Part shown: positions 23,873 to 36,965 of the stretch, in pieces
Layout of the letters: each line of letters opens with the position of its first letter
How positions within the stretch are numbered: position 1 is the first letter of the stretch
Assembly: GCA_048013815.1 (NCBI GenBank)
Contig: CM106586.1
Coordinates: 12,214,001-12,278,000, forward strand
Direction of reading: 5' to 3'
Source of the DNA: Setoptus koraiensis
Lineage: Eukaryota > Animalia > Arthropoda
Length of the DNA stretch: 64,000 nucleotides
Notes under the pieces: generated by a model
Database searches by the model: none
What the model was told of the DNA's origin: nothing
What the model saw: the letters and a program-made list of their open reading frames with translations, nothing else
Program-made: the position numbers and the translations under genes

Positions 23873-26800
23873 AGGTGGCGGCGTTGCCGCTCTAGTCTTT
23901 GGGTTGGGTGCAGGACCAGTGAGGTGTGGGGGGTGAATGGGGCAGCTTGCACAGCATGCAGGATCGCGGCGGGGGAGGGGCGGGAGGTTGTGTGTGGAGC
24001 GTGGGTGGTGTGACGAGGGGTGCGGGCGGGGAGGGGCGGTGAGCAGGGGGCGTGGTGACGGGCGCGGGTACACGCACGTGTATACGGGCGGGTGGCAATG
24101 GGGTGATAGCGCAGGCAGTCGTGGGGCTGTGGCGGGTTGATGCTCCTGCGTGTCAGGATGGGTATCAGGGGGTGGGGGAGGGGTTGGGCGTGCGTAGCGG
24201 GTCAGAGCAGGGTCATGAGAGTGGTGGCAGGGGGGGTAGGGGCGGGTGGTAAATGGGCGGGCGTCTGGGTGTGCTGGGCTGGCTGGGGGGGTGGGGGGCC
24301 AGGGAGTGGGCTTGAGGCTGGGGACGGTCTGTCGCCAGTTGTTGGCCTCTGGTTTGCACAGCGGTGTGATCTTGGGGTGCTGGGGAGGGGGCGGTAGAGT
24401 CGTGTTTCCTCGATAGTTAATCTTCGTTTATTAGTGTGTTCTTCTTACTCGAAGTGTCTTTTGTTCTTTATGGTCTTATTGCAAGTCAGTTATTCTTTTT
24501 TGTGTTTATTCCTGATTCGGTGTTGTCCTTTTTCGTGTGTGCTACATGTGTTGCTGGAGTCGATATTTTTTTGAGTCGATCCGACGTGCTATGAGTTTTA
24601 CAGCTTCTTGTAGGCGCGGGTAGGCGGGACGGGGGAACGGATTGCGGGGGGTGGTCGCCCGGGCAAGTTAGGGGGATCACGACCATCGTTGGGGGGGACA
24701 GAGGGGGGTACGCAAGCAGGGGTTAGTTGGGCATGGGGAGTGGGGTGTAAGGTGGGGGGTGCGCGTGTGGGGGGTTGGTGGGAGATGGGGTGTGGGTGCG
24801 GGTGTCGAGGTACAGTGGAGTGCGGTGTGCTTCAGTCTTTTTTGCGATCTAATGTTTTTAACGTGGAGAATCGTGAGGGCTTGTCATGGCCGGTGTTTTT
24901 TGGTGAGTTTTACGTTGTCGTTGCAGTACTTTTTGTGCTTTGCTATCGTCCGCGTTGGGCGCTACGAACAGGGGGTGGGTAGCGTTTGTTTTGTTGTATT
25001 CGAGTTTGTGCGGCTTATTTTTAAATGGGGTACATGTATCCATCGGTTGTTTTCCCCTGCGTTCTTTTTTAACGTGTACTGGCGGATGTTCTCTCCGTTG
25101 TTTCTGTTTTCTTTCTTAGTATTGTTTCATTTCACTTTTGCTTTGCGTTTTTTCTTTTTGTGATTTTTACTACGGCTTAAGTTTTTTTTCTGCGTTGGTG
25201 TTTGTTTTGGTGCGGGGCTGGAGGGTGGGTGGTTTCGGGGGGCGGAGGGATGTGAAGTGCGCGGGAAGGGGGGGAAGGGAGGGTGCCAGTGGTGGGCGCC
25301 GGCTGGAGAGGGGGTGCGGGGGGCATGGTTGCGGATTGTTGTGGGGAGTGGTGCTGGCGCTGCACGGTTGGCGGGCGCGGGTTTAAGATGGTTGGGGTAA
25401 TTTGAGGGGGTAGGCGCCTGACCAGGCGGGGGAGAGAGGGGTCGGGAGCGCGGCTGTGTGGGTGGGTGGGTGTTGTGTGTCGTGGGTTTTGTTGAGTTGG
25501 CAGAGTTGAGTGCGGTCTGCGGAGGGAGCGAGGGGTGCAGGGATGGGGTGGGGCAGGGGAGTGGTTGGATTGCGTTAGTCGTGCAGGCACGGTGGGGTCC
25601 GTTTGTGTTCGTGGGGTCGGTGTTGTAGGGTGGGCTGGGCTGGGGGTTCGGTTGGGTGGGGTGGACTGGTTTTGTTGATAGGTGCGTGTGTCTAGCTCGG
25701 ACGTCCCTCGTCCGGGTGGGGGCGCGAGGGGAGGGTGAGTCCCCGGATGGCAGTAGTGGGGGGAGTTGGGGGGCGGGTGGGAATGTGGACGGGAGGGTCG
25801 GGGTTGTGTTGGGGCGGGGGGTGTTGGTGGGGTGCTATTTCGTTCTTCATTTTAAGTTTAAGCCCCGTTTTGAGTTGTAGTCGTCATGGCCTCCTTCGTT
25901 TTTGTCGTGAATGTTTATACACTTTTGACTTTTCGGTTTTGTTCTGCTGTGCGTCGATGTTTTGGTGTGTCTGTCATTCCGCTGATGCGGGGGTGACGTG
26001 GTGTGCAGAGAGGTGGGCTTATTTTGTGTGCTGTCTGTGACTTGAACTTGGCTGATTCTCGTCGTGGAGGGAGGGTGGTAGGTGGCACGGTGCGCAGGGG
26101 CCCAGGGGGTCTGCCAGGTGAGTGGTGGGGTGCGGGTTGGATCCGTGGGTAACCCTGGTTGGGCGACAATTACTGTGGTGGGGGGAGGCCGGAGGGTGCG
26201 TCGGAGGGGACGGGAATGGTGGCGGGCTGGTGGGGGGTGGGGGGGGGTAGGTGGGGTTCGTTGAGGCCGGGCGGGGGTGAGTAGTATGGGGGTGGGGTGG
26301 GTAAGGGGTTGTGGGGTAGGGGTGGGGGGTCGGGGAGTTGGGGGTGGGGGCGGGGGTGAGGGGAGGTTGGGACGGATGGCAGAGATGGAGGTATGATGGC
26401 GGGTATTGTGAGTGGACAAGGGCAGCCACAAGGGTAGGGGCGGGGGCACAATTGGGGGGAGTGGGTCAGGGGTAGGTGAGGGGGGGTAGTTGGTGGAGGC
26501 GCAGGGGATGAGTGGGGGGGGGAATGCGGGGGGGTCGGGAGGGAGAGTGGGGTGTGGGGAGATTAGGTGGGGGTCGGTGACTCTGGCTTCGATGGGACGT
26601 CCTAGTTGTGAGCATTGGCCGTCTAGTTCGTGGGGGAGGCTGTGTGGGCGTCCTCTGGGGGGCGGGGGCACATTGACTTCTTTGGGTTCGGGTCGTGGAG
26701 CTCTGGCACGGGTGACGATTCTTCGGTGGGGCTTTGGGGTTGCGTGTTTTTTTCGCCTGGGGGGCGAGTTGTGAGGCTTTTTTTGGTTGGTGTTTGGTCC

Positions 26801-29290
26801 GTCGCTATTTGTGCATCCGGCTGGCCGGTTCGTGTTCGGGTGTTTCGGTACTATAAAGCGTGTCCTGTTTGTTATTGTGTTGCACTTTCATTCGTGGTGT
26901 ACTTTAGGCTTTTGATAGTTCTGTTCTCGAAGGTGTTGAAGCAGGGTGCGGGCAATTCGTTCTTGATCCGTTTTTTGTTTTATCTTTATTACCCCTTTGT
27001 AGATAATATAAGGAGGGTGAGGGTGGAGCGTGAGGGGTGCGTCTCGATTTGGCACGGGGGAGGGAGATCGGAGCATTAATGTGTGCACACGGGATGGGCC
27101 GCGGTTCGCATGTACAGGGGGGGTTTCGATTGGCCAGCTGATCCTTATGCTGTTTTTTAGGGCTCGGGGGTCGGTTTGGAAGGTTCCTCTGCGTCTACAT
27201 TCCTTGGAGTTGGGTTTTAATCATGTATTTGGATACCCTAACGATAGCTTACCCTTTGGGGGTGCGATTTGGTTTAGTATTTATCTGTATTTTATGGTTG
27301 TCGGATCGTTCAGCGGGCTGAGTAGGCGGGCGAGGGATGGGGTGGGACATGGGTAGGGGAAGGTAGGAGGGAGGGTGGTTGGGGTGTGGTGGTGGGTGTC
27401 GGTATGACCACTGTGGGACGGGGGGTCGCAGGGCGGGGCAAGTGGGTGTTTAAGTGGGGGGGGGGGATGTATTGGGTGGGTTCAGGCGGGGTGGGCTTTG
27501 TCCGTCTCTCGTTGGGCAAGGGAGCTGCTTTGTTGTTTGATTAAGGCTTTTGGGATTGATCGGTGTGCTAAATATTCCCGTAACGTATGCTACGATTTAA
27601 TGTTAGTTAATGGTTGTTTTCGTGGTGGGGAGCCGGGGGGTTGGTCGATGGGGTGCGAGTTGTGATTCTGGCGTTTCATCGGGTGTATTGGGATGGTGTG
27701 TCTTGAATTTCACGTTATGTTGGTGCGTAAGCGAATGGGCCGTTGTGTGGACGTAGTTATTAGTTGGGCTGGTTTGCGGCGGTTTTTTGGTTTGTTTCTT
27801 TTTGTCTATTCTTAGAGATTGATTCTTTGTAATCTTTTACTTTTGTTTGTTGTCTATATTTTATTTTTTGGGCTGGTGTTTCGTGGGTGCGTAGTGTGAG
27901 GGCGAGGGCTGGGGCGGGGGCTGATGCTTAGCGCTGTTCCTAAGCGATTGGTCCGTTGTACGAATGTGTGGCGACCTCGGTGATTGGTAGGCGGTAAGCA
28001 CGGATCGCTGTGAGTGGGTAGAGGGGAGGGGGATAATTGGAGGGGCACGACGGAAGCGGTGCGTCTGTTGTGCGTGGATGGTCACGCCTGGGTTTATTGG
28101 TCCTGTCACGGGCAGGTCACGGGTGGGAGGGGTGGGGTGGGGACAAGGAGGAGGCGACGGATTGGGGGTGATGGTTAGGACCAAAGCGTAGTGGGAGCGC
28201 GGCGTAGTGAGGTCTGGGCGGGGTGGCTTGGGGCGCGATGGATGGGTGCGGGTGGTGGAGGGCCAGGCTGTCTTCGGGGGGGGAAGAAAAGGGGGCTGGA
28301 TGGGGGCTGGGGGGGGGATCGGGGGGAAGGGTGGTGGATGTGCGGGAGTTGGGCGGGGTGAGGTGTAGTCACGTGGCAGGCGGTGGGGGGTTTGTCGTGC
28401 AGGGCAAGTATGTGAGAAGTGGGTGTGCGGGCACAGGGGGGGGGGAGGTGGGGGGGGTTGCAGTGGGGTTATGCGTGGTGAGTGGGGGGGGGGAGGGTTG
28501 TGGAGGGTTTAGGAGGTGGGGTGGGTGTCGGGCGTGGTGGGGTTTACGTTTACGTGGTAGGGTGTCTGTCGGGCGTCTGCCGACGTTTGCGCGTGGTTTC
28601 GTAGGCTTGGTCTGTGTGCATGGGGGGTTTTGCGGGGGGGGGTCAGTTGATGGAGGAAGGGGTTTAGTGTGTGGGAACGGGGCACAAGGATTGGGTGGGG
28701 GGATGGGTGTGTGCATCGTCGGGGGGGGAGTGGGTGGGTGAGTGCGTCAGTTAGTCAGGTGGAGGGGGATGGATGGGTGGGTGTCGCGGTTCTGGTTTTG
28801 AGTACCCGGAGGGAAGGGGCGGCTGAATTGCCCGCTTAGTAGCGGCGTGTATACGGGGGGTCGGGTGCTGGGGGGTCGATAGTGTGGGTTGTGTGCTTTA
28901 TGTTATCTTGCGGTTTATAGATGTGTCGTGGATTTTTTTGTCGTTTTTCGTCCACGTGTGGCCTTATTTTGGAATATCGATCTTGAGCTGAGTGCTTCGG
29001 TTGTGGAGTGGTGTGCCGTTTTGGCGGTTAGGTCGGTCATATGTGGCCGGTCGATTTTATTTTGTTGGTCCCTTCGAGGTTATTGGTGGTGTATGAGGGT
29101 GTGTGAGCACGGAGTGGTTTGCCACTTTGTATGTCGTAGGGGTTTGAGTAGACGTAGTGGCGCGCAGCCGAGTGAGGGGGGGAGTCTCGGGGGGGCCTGG
29201 TGGAGTGGAGTGGTGAGAGGCACGGGAGATGCGCCGGGATGTTTCCGTGTTTTTTTTCGCTCTTTTTTTTTTCTTTTTCTTTTTTTTCAT
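23873..29290. other. G/T-skewed aperiodic low-complexity block, probably low-accuracy read or gap-fill artefact
   Basis: Composition switches abruptly at the gap edge to G-run-rich, A/C-poor sequence on the + strand. There is no repeat period, and only Gly/Val/Trp (+) or Pro/His/Thr (-) junk ORFs. It is unlike the AT-rich flanks. Confidence 0.75.
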
Positions 29291-29342
29291 TCTTTTAGCG
29301 GCTCTTCCTTTGGTTCTTTGTATTTATATTTGTTTACTTTCT

Positions 29343-29504
29343 TCGAAGTTGTTCCGATTGATGGATTTGGAAAGAGAGCGATACTCGGGAAGAATATCTT
29401 ATCTGATAAACGACACAAGTTTGGAGGACGTCTTTCTCACATTCGCCCGGTTTTTCGAGCACAATGGCGTAACAAATGACACGGTAATACCAATCGCACC
29501 ATGA
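29343..29504 (+). CDS. C-terminal fragment of an ABCA-subfamily ABC transporter
   Basis: SKLFRLMDLERERYSGRISYLINDTSLEDVFLTFAR resembles the conserved ABCA tail (LF..ME......Y.VSQTTLEQVFL.FA), followed by a stop at 29504. The upstream body is missing, replaced by the G-rich block. Confidence 0.65.
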   Translation, partial: SKLFRLMDLERERYSGRISYLINDTSLEDVFLTFARFFEHNGVTNDTVIPIAP

Positions 29505-30721
29505 CACTATATTCACACCACGAATCCTCATGTATAACAAATGAAAGCTCACGTAGATTCCTTACTTAAATTTATTGTTAACAGTTACATCTGCTTTATT
29601 CACTGATTGTTTGTGTTGTGGTAATATGTATCTCCCACAAGGAAATAATTTTCAAATTACCAATATAATCCAGTTAGAAACATTAAGAAAATTAAATATA
29701 GTAACAATATAAATATAAAACGGCACTATCGATCAAGATGGCGATACAAATATTAGTTACATTGATAGTATGGAGGGTAGTTTGTCAAAAATATATCTGT
29801 CAATATCTATCACTATTCTCTAATTTATTGTATTCTGCATCAGGCAGAATCTGTTGAACCTGATGGTCTTCAATCTCATCCATTTTTCACATTCTATTCA
29901 ATTGATTGTCTCCATAGTGTAGTTCGTAGCAATATATCATGCTCTACAGAATTTGATTATAGTTCATTCTTTTATGAGCAATTCGAACATGCAACGATTG
30001 TTGAATATATCGGAAGATTAACATTACATCAGTAATGCTATAATTTGTATCACACCCGGTATAATACTACTGACACAATTAGTATTGTAAAATCCTTTGA
30101 AAATATAGGCCGAGTCGCGCATTGCATTTCACTTCCGTTTACCTAACACAGAACCACAACTTTCATTGAAGCGCACAGAACAATTGTATCTCGATGTCAA
30201 GCTTCTTATGTAATGTATCATGACCAGACACATTAATCTTTCTCTCTGATACACTCTTTGTCTTTATTGACAATAGACTCATTCAAGCGATCGGCTGATT
30301 TAATGTGATCAAAATTCATCTTGTAGAGAAAAAAATTTCTGCTCGATCGATAGACTCACGCATGACGAAGCAGAGAAAAAAAACATATTGATTTGAAACT
30401 GACGTTCATGTTTATTTTTTGAATGTTCACCATGCGGTACAAGTGTACGATGGTTTACTTCGTAGTTGTAGATTCGTGGATTGATTATGCACCGTGGAAA
30501 GTCTCTAGTATAAAAGCAACTGCCACGAAGAATGAGGCACAAAATAATCGAAATACTGTTTCAATTTAATGAGACAACACAAAATGCAAGTTTGGAATTC
30601 TATTTCCTCTAGATGGAATACTCTTTACGGCATGGAGATCATGTACGTAAAGGGTTGATCATCAAAAAAATAATCATCGCCTTATTTCTAGAATTTGTTT
30701 CTAGACCATGGGCTATATCAG

Positions 30722-32882
30722 ATGGATTCAATAAAATTTAGTGTGTTTCAGTTGGTGATAGCCATTTGTGCAGTGATCAACGGCTCAGTGAATCTTTTAT
30801 CCGATAAGGACGAAGCAATATATCAGTCTGACAGACAAAATACGCCAATACCAATCAAGAGAAGACCAATAGAAAGAATTCTAGATCGAATAGTGTTATT
30901 TTTGAAGGTCAGACAACAAGGACCAGTATATTTGATTTGGCTGTTCGTTGATTTCTCCCTTGGATTTTACCTATTATTCAATTCGCTGGTTTACGGTTTC
31001 TGCAATCGAAGTGTAATTTCAAAATTGCACGAACTATCTCTGATAACGGACTTATTCATCCTTTATAAATTCTCGCACATGGCCAACAGAGTCATAGCTC
31101 TACTCTTGATTGAGACTTACTGGATTCGCATAAGAAACCTGAAAATCAATATGAGTAAAAATTATCGATACAGACATTATGATGAAATAATGACATACCT
31201 CAGTCGTCTAAAATTAACTCTCCGAGCTTGGCTTTACATTGTTGGTATAACTAATGCAGTTCGAAGCAAAGATGGATCAAACTGTAAGAATGCTAGACGC
31301 GACATGTGTGAGGTTGTCGCACCCAGTTCCAAATCGTCAGACGGTAGAGCTGATAGCCCATCCGATCATGACATTGAGAGAGTAAAAATCAAGAAGAAAA
31401 GTGAATCTCCTGCTACAAACAGCAGACAATCATATAGCATCTACAACCAAGTCAATCATAGAACTGAGAAACCGGACATAGCTGGTTCATTAGCAAATAA
31501 ATCGTGCGAAACATCTCACAAGAAAGGATTATTTTATTTCGACGATGAATTTCGTGAGATCAATTACCAGCTGCACTTTCCCAAAAAACTTGTAAAAACT
31601 CATCTATTGGATAAGGCTACCTTGAGAATTTCGGTCATCTTGGTTTTTTTATGTGTAACATCCATAGCATTTTGTGCGTTTGGACTGTTCCAAGTTTCAA
31701 TATTAGTAGAGTTCATCAACTGTCACTACTCTCTAAAAGTGTTCGTTGAGCAACGTCTCTTTTTTTATTCACTATTGTTCATCGTCATAACCAACTGTGG
31801 ATTTCAGCTAGCAGACATTGCTAAATTTGTTGTCAATTGTTTTGTCTGTTACTGTAAGATAAAGTACACGATAAAATTCGCATCACAAATCATTAGACTG
31901 TACAAACATCACTATAGGCGGACCAAAATAACAGAGATCGAATTCTCGAGAGATAATAAGGCAGCGTTTCCGCTCGATTCATTACTAACACCGGTGATTG
32001 CTAACGAGAATTCATATTATAACAGAAAGATATGCAAAAAATCGCAAAAAGAGGAATTTAACTGGCACTATCCTGACATAGTGCCAGCTGAAGCTGAGAT
32101 AGATTTGATTTGTAGACTCAACGACATAGATAAACTCATTAGGATGATAATGGCGACACGATCCGATCTGGATGTTTTGAAACAACATTTCACAATCTAT
32201 TTGAATCTAGATCTTTTCTGTAAAATGCCTTGTGTTATGCTGACCATTGCTACAATTATCAAAATGCGAGACCTGGACGAACTGCACATTAAGGCGATAA
32301 CTTTCCTATCAGCATCCTACTGGTTTCCGATTGTATTGACCTGTTTCAGTGCCGGCCTTATCCATAGCAAGGTAAAGACTGTCATGGATGTTGAATATTT
32401 GAAATTTCTTAGCCGGGAATCACGATCCTGAATCCTATGCCTACTATCCATAATATTAGCGTCGTAATATTGCAATCAAGATTGTAATAGAACCAATTGA
32501 TTAATATCTTTCTTTCAACACTGCTTTTATTCTTTTCTTACGCTCGATATGTGTATGTCTAGTTCAAAGAGATCCATCACACCCTAAATGATCTGATCCT
32601 TTATCAAACGCTTGAAGGAGGAAGTATATGGAACGTGAGACGATTGCTGCGAGTTTCGGAAGATTTAGGTGATACCAACAATATTGCCTTTGTCATTGCC
32701 AATATGTATCCAGTGACTCTCGGGAACTTGCCAATGGTGGGTGAATATACACGATTAGCCGATGATTATTTCAAATGGCCACATCATAATTTTTTGTCTG
32801 TTACAATCCTAAATTATACCATATACAGGTATTCGGATTAATCATATCAGGAATAATTCTATTACTGCAATTCGTACTGTGA
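30722..32882 (+). CDS. Gustatory-receptor-like 7TM protein, copy 2, 3 exons (30722-32371, 32563-32736, 32829-32882), 625 aa
   Basis: Seven hydrophobic segments and two phase-0 introns near the C-terminus, as is typical of arthropod GRs. The last exon VFGLIISGIILLLQFVL carries the TM7 hhhhhQF motif. Confidence 0.85.
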
Positions 32883-34059
32883 GTGTTTGTGATTGAATGC
32901 ACTATTCAAACATCTAGCGTGATCATTGATCAAAATCGAAAGGCTACAACATTTTACCGGACACCTACACTTTTTTGGTTTGAATTGGCGGAGGTGACCC
33001 TCGGAACGTGTTCGTTCATCTGACAGTACCGCCAGAACGAATCGAGATTAACAATGAATTTTTGCTGAATGTAGCCAATATATGTGGAGAATTTACAACG
33101 TATATCGTTAGCGTATCAGCACAGAATCAGCTCGTAAGAACAATATTCGAATTAGTGTGGTGGCTTTTAGTCAGAAGAAAGGCCATTAAAGCCACTTTAG
33201 GCGATAGGCCACTCTAGTTCAGACTGAGAGTCACATTTTGACCACTCTGAGCTCGAGTCAGAGGACTTCGGGAGCAAAGGTCGGAAAGCCCGATTCGGGA
33301 AAAAGTCGGACTTCAGAAGCCATGGGTTTGAACCAATAAAGCCGCCATCCCAATTGGAATGACAAAGTGTCCCAGAGGATCAACTGAACAAATTCTCAGA
33401 ATCGGTTCGTTACATTCATATTTTATCTCCCAAGGAAAAATGAGAATAGTAGATGTTGTGAGCTCGATTGGCTCACGTTTTTTAAATGCAAGAAAGAAAA
33501 ACATTAATCATCCGAGCTTAAATATTTTACTATTTTGACAACTTCGTAGAAACTACCAAAACCGATCTTGGTGCGTGGCGTGTCACATTGCGTGACGTGT
33601 CACATTTACTGCACAATTGTTTAGCTAGCAAGGCGATGAAATGTTATTTTAGTTTGGCACGAAGGTAAATAAGTTATTTTAGACGGTTCTCTTCGGATTC
33701 ACGAAGACCCAGCCCATTTTTCGCTAGAAAATACATTCAAACTAATTGATGAATTCTAGTTGCGCCGAATCAGTCTAGCAAAAGAACGTCTCTACACACT
33801 CATTATGTTAGAAATGATATGCAAGCGAAAAGACATAAAATAGATTAATTGAATAGCAAAGTGGCAGACATATTGAGGATCGGTAGATCGATTATTCATT
33901 AGAGAATACGAATGCCACGAAGAGTAAAGTACAAAATGCGTGTTAACGACCCTATTCTTCCTAAACGGATGACCATCGTACAGTTAAAGGATCTATCATC
34001 AGAGAAATAACAATTGCCTTATTTTTAGGATTTACTTGTAGTCCACCGACAGATATCAG

Positions 34060-36072
34060 ATGGATTCAATAAAATTTACTGTGTTTCAGATCATATTATT
34101 CATTAGTGTAACGATCAACAGCTCAGTGAATCTTCTACCCGATGATGAGGAAGTAGAACATCAGCCTGACACTCAAAATACGCCATTACCAATCAAGAGA
34201 AGACCAATAGATAGAATTTTAGATAGGGTTATGTTATTTTTGAAGGTCAGACGACAAAGGCCAATATATTTGATTTGGCCGTTATTTGATTTCGTCTTTG
34301 GATTCTACCTATTACTCAATTCAGTGGTTTACGGTTTCTGCAACCGAAGTGTGATTTCAAGACTGAAAGAACAATTTCCGATATCAGACATGTTTGTTGT
34401 CTATAGAATATCGCCCCTGATGAACAAGATTTTTACCTTTCTCTTGATTGAGACTTACTTTAGTCGCATAAGATACCTGAGAATGAGTTTGAGTAAAAAT
34501 TATTGTTACAGACATCTTGATAGGATAATGACCTATTTCGCTCGCCTAAAATTGACTCCTCGAGCCTGGCTTTACATTATAGGTCTGACCGATGAAGTTC
34601 AAAGCAAAGATAAATTAAACTGCAGAAATACCGGTGAGCCAATCAAAATCAGACAAATAAGTGAATCTTTCGCTTCAGTCAGCACACAAACATATAATAT
34701 TCATAATCATGGGAATCATGGAATGGTTGGATCGAACATGGCTTGCTCGTTAATAAATAAATCACGCAAAACATCTCATAGAGAAGGACTATTCAATTTT
34801 GATGATAAATATCAAGAGATCAATTACCAGCTGAAAGTTTCCGAAAAACTTTTAAGAGATAGCTGCTTTCACCTGCTGTGTAAGGAAGCATTGAGATTTC
34901 TAGTTTTAGCTTTTCTCGTATGCGTTTTAGCTATAGTGATAGGTGCGATTGGAGAGCTACATTCTTCACTATCAATCGAGTTCATCAACAGCGACTATTC
35001 TGTAACATTGTTCTGTAAGCAACGCCTTGGCTCTTATATATTATTGTCCATCGGCGTATTGAATAATATATGTCATTTGGCGGATATGGGTGTTCTTAAT
35101 GTTGGTTGCATTGTCTGCCACAATAAAATCGTGCATACTGTGAAATATGGCTCACAAGTAACCAAACTGTACAAGCAGCGTCACTATCGGAGCCAAATGA
35201 TAAACTCTGAGAATGTCAATACTGCACTAGCTGAGAGCGAAATAGATTCAGCTTCCATGTGCATCGATAAACTCATCAGAATGATAATGGACATGCGATT
35301 GGAGTTGGATGAATTGAAACGAGATTCTACGGCCTACCTTCATCTGGATCTCATTCTAAAAATGCCAGCCATCATGATGAATATTGCCACGATTATCAAA
35401 ATGCCGGACTTGGACTGGCTGCATATAGAGCTGATACTTCTTTACTCGGGGATTCTCTGGATTCCCATCGCAGTGACCTGTTTCAATGCCGCTCTCATCC
35501 ATAGCAAGGTAACAATTGTGATACATCTTAAACCTTGACGGTTCTTACACTTGGATCTTTATTCAGAATCGTATATTTATAATCAAACGTTAACATAGTA
35601 CTGCCTATCTTTTTATAGTTTGAGTTATAGGCTCGCTCATCGGGATAGTCATCATTTAATCAGTTCTATTTTATCTTTTCTGTGTTCTTTTTGTCCCGCC
35701 ACTACTTTCTTCCTTCGTTTGTTCCCCACGTTATGTGTGTCTAGTTCAAAGAAGTCTGTCACATCCTACAAAATCTACTTCTCTATCAGACGCTCGAGAA
35801 AGGAGGCTGGAACTTGAGACGAATACTGCGCGTCTTGGATGATTTAAGTGATACCAACAATGTTGCCTTCGTCATTGCCAATATATACCCAGTGACTCTG
35901 GGAAACTTGCCAATGGTAGGTGAATATAATTTATGAATATAGATTGATTAGCTTACAATCATTGCAATTGACTACATTATCGTCTTCCTCTATGAACAAT
36001 TATGAATTGCACGTGCAGTTGGTTGGAATAATCATATCAGGAATAATATTATTACTACAATTTGTATTGTGA
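34060..36072 (+). CDS. Gustatory-receptor-like 7TM protein, copy 3, 3 exons (34060-35508, 35745-35915, 36019-36072), 557 aa
   Basis: Paralog of copy 4 with identical intron positions (HSK/FKE and LPM/LVG). Last exon LVGIIISGIILLLQFVL. Frame intact after splicing. Confidence 0.85.
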
Positions 36073-36697
36073 GGTCTTATGAAAATATTGGAGAAATTTA
36101 CTATGTTCCTACATCCAAATATGCAAATATTCAAAATTGAAGGCCTACAAAAGATTACCAACTGCCTGCACCCCTGTGGTTAAAAATGGCGGAGGCAGTC
36201 AGAGGGACGCGTTTGAATTGCCAGAACGAGTCACGATGACTATTGAATTCTTCCTAGATGAATTCTCGTGCGAAGAAACCTGAACAGTCGATGAGCTAGT
36301 GAGATAAGAACGATCCATAATTGATGAGCGTCTCTCAAAAGAGTTAAAAAAATATCCGCATTTCAAGATAACCTTGTGCAATATTGATGGACAGTAGAAC
36401 GCAGCATCGAGCAGTGAATCTTTGATTCGTTCGCGACAACTATGCAAATATGCCAATATATCTGGAGGTGTTGAAATTGAAAATTATTCCAGTATCAGAG
36501 CAGAATCAGCTAGCGCCAGCTCGCGATCAATATCGCAACGACAATGTGTCATATAGGAATGATAACCACACATGAATGAGCACACATTTTCATGATAGGT
36601 TTGCCACAATCATATTGTATTCCATAACGAGAATAGTGTATGTTGCGCGCTCGATTGGCTAACGGATTACAAATCCAAGAAAGAAGATACCTATCAT

Positions 36698-36965
36698 TAG
36701 TGTGCCGGCTTAAATGGTTTGAACCACATGCCCTTTAATTTCAGAAATAAAAGGCATTTTCTGCCAATTGGCCTAGAATGCCTTTATGCCAGAAATAGAG
36801 GAAGGCATGCCTTAAAATGCCTTAAATTCAGATTAAAAGGCACATGATGCGAAAATGCGTCAAAAATGTTTCGAAATGCAATTTAAGGCATGCCCTTTTC
36901 TATTTCTGGCAAGTGCCCATTTGGGGCAATTGGCCTTCAATGTTTGAATTCACGCCGGCACACTA
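36698..36965. mobile_element. 268-bp MITE, probably hAT superfamily
   Basis: Perfect 12-bp terminal inverted repeats TAGTGTGCCGGC / GCCGGCACACTA flanked by an 8-bp target-site duplication CCTATCAT (36690-36697 and 36966-36973). There is an internal imperfect inverted repeat of about 30 bp (GCCAGAAATAG...GGCATGCCTTAAA) and no ORF. Confidence 0.88.

Noticed and set aside
23317-29479. Dozens of Pro-rich and Gly-rich ORFs and a dense apparent G-quadruplex array
   Set aside because: By-products of the G-skewed, gap-adjacent block that is probably a sequencing artefact; there is no periodicity that would support a telomeric or satellite repeat.
32372-32431. ORF-track C-termini of the GR genes (also at 35509, 39209, 43933 and 47306)
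   Set aside because: Read-through into intron 1 past conserved AAG/GTAA donors; the real C-termini are in exons 2 and 3.
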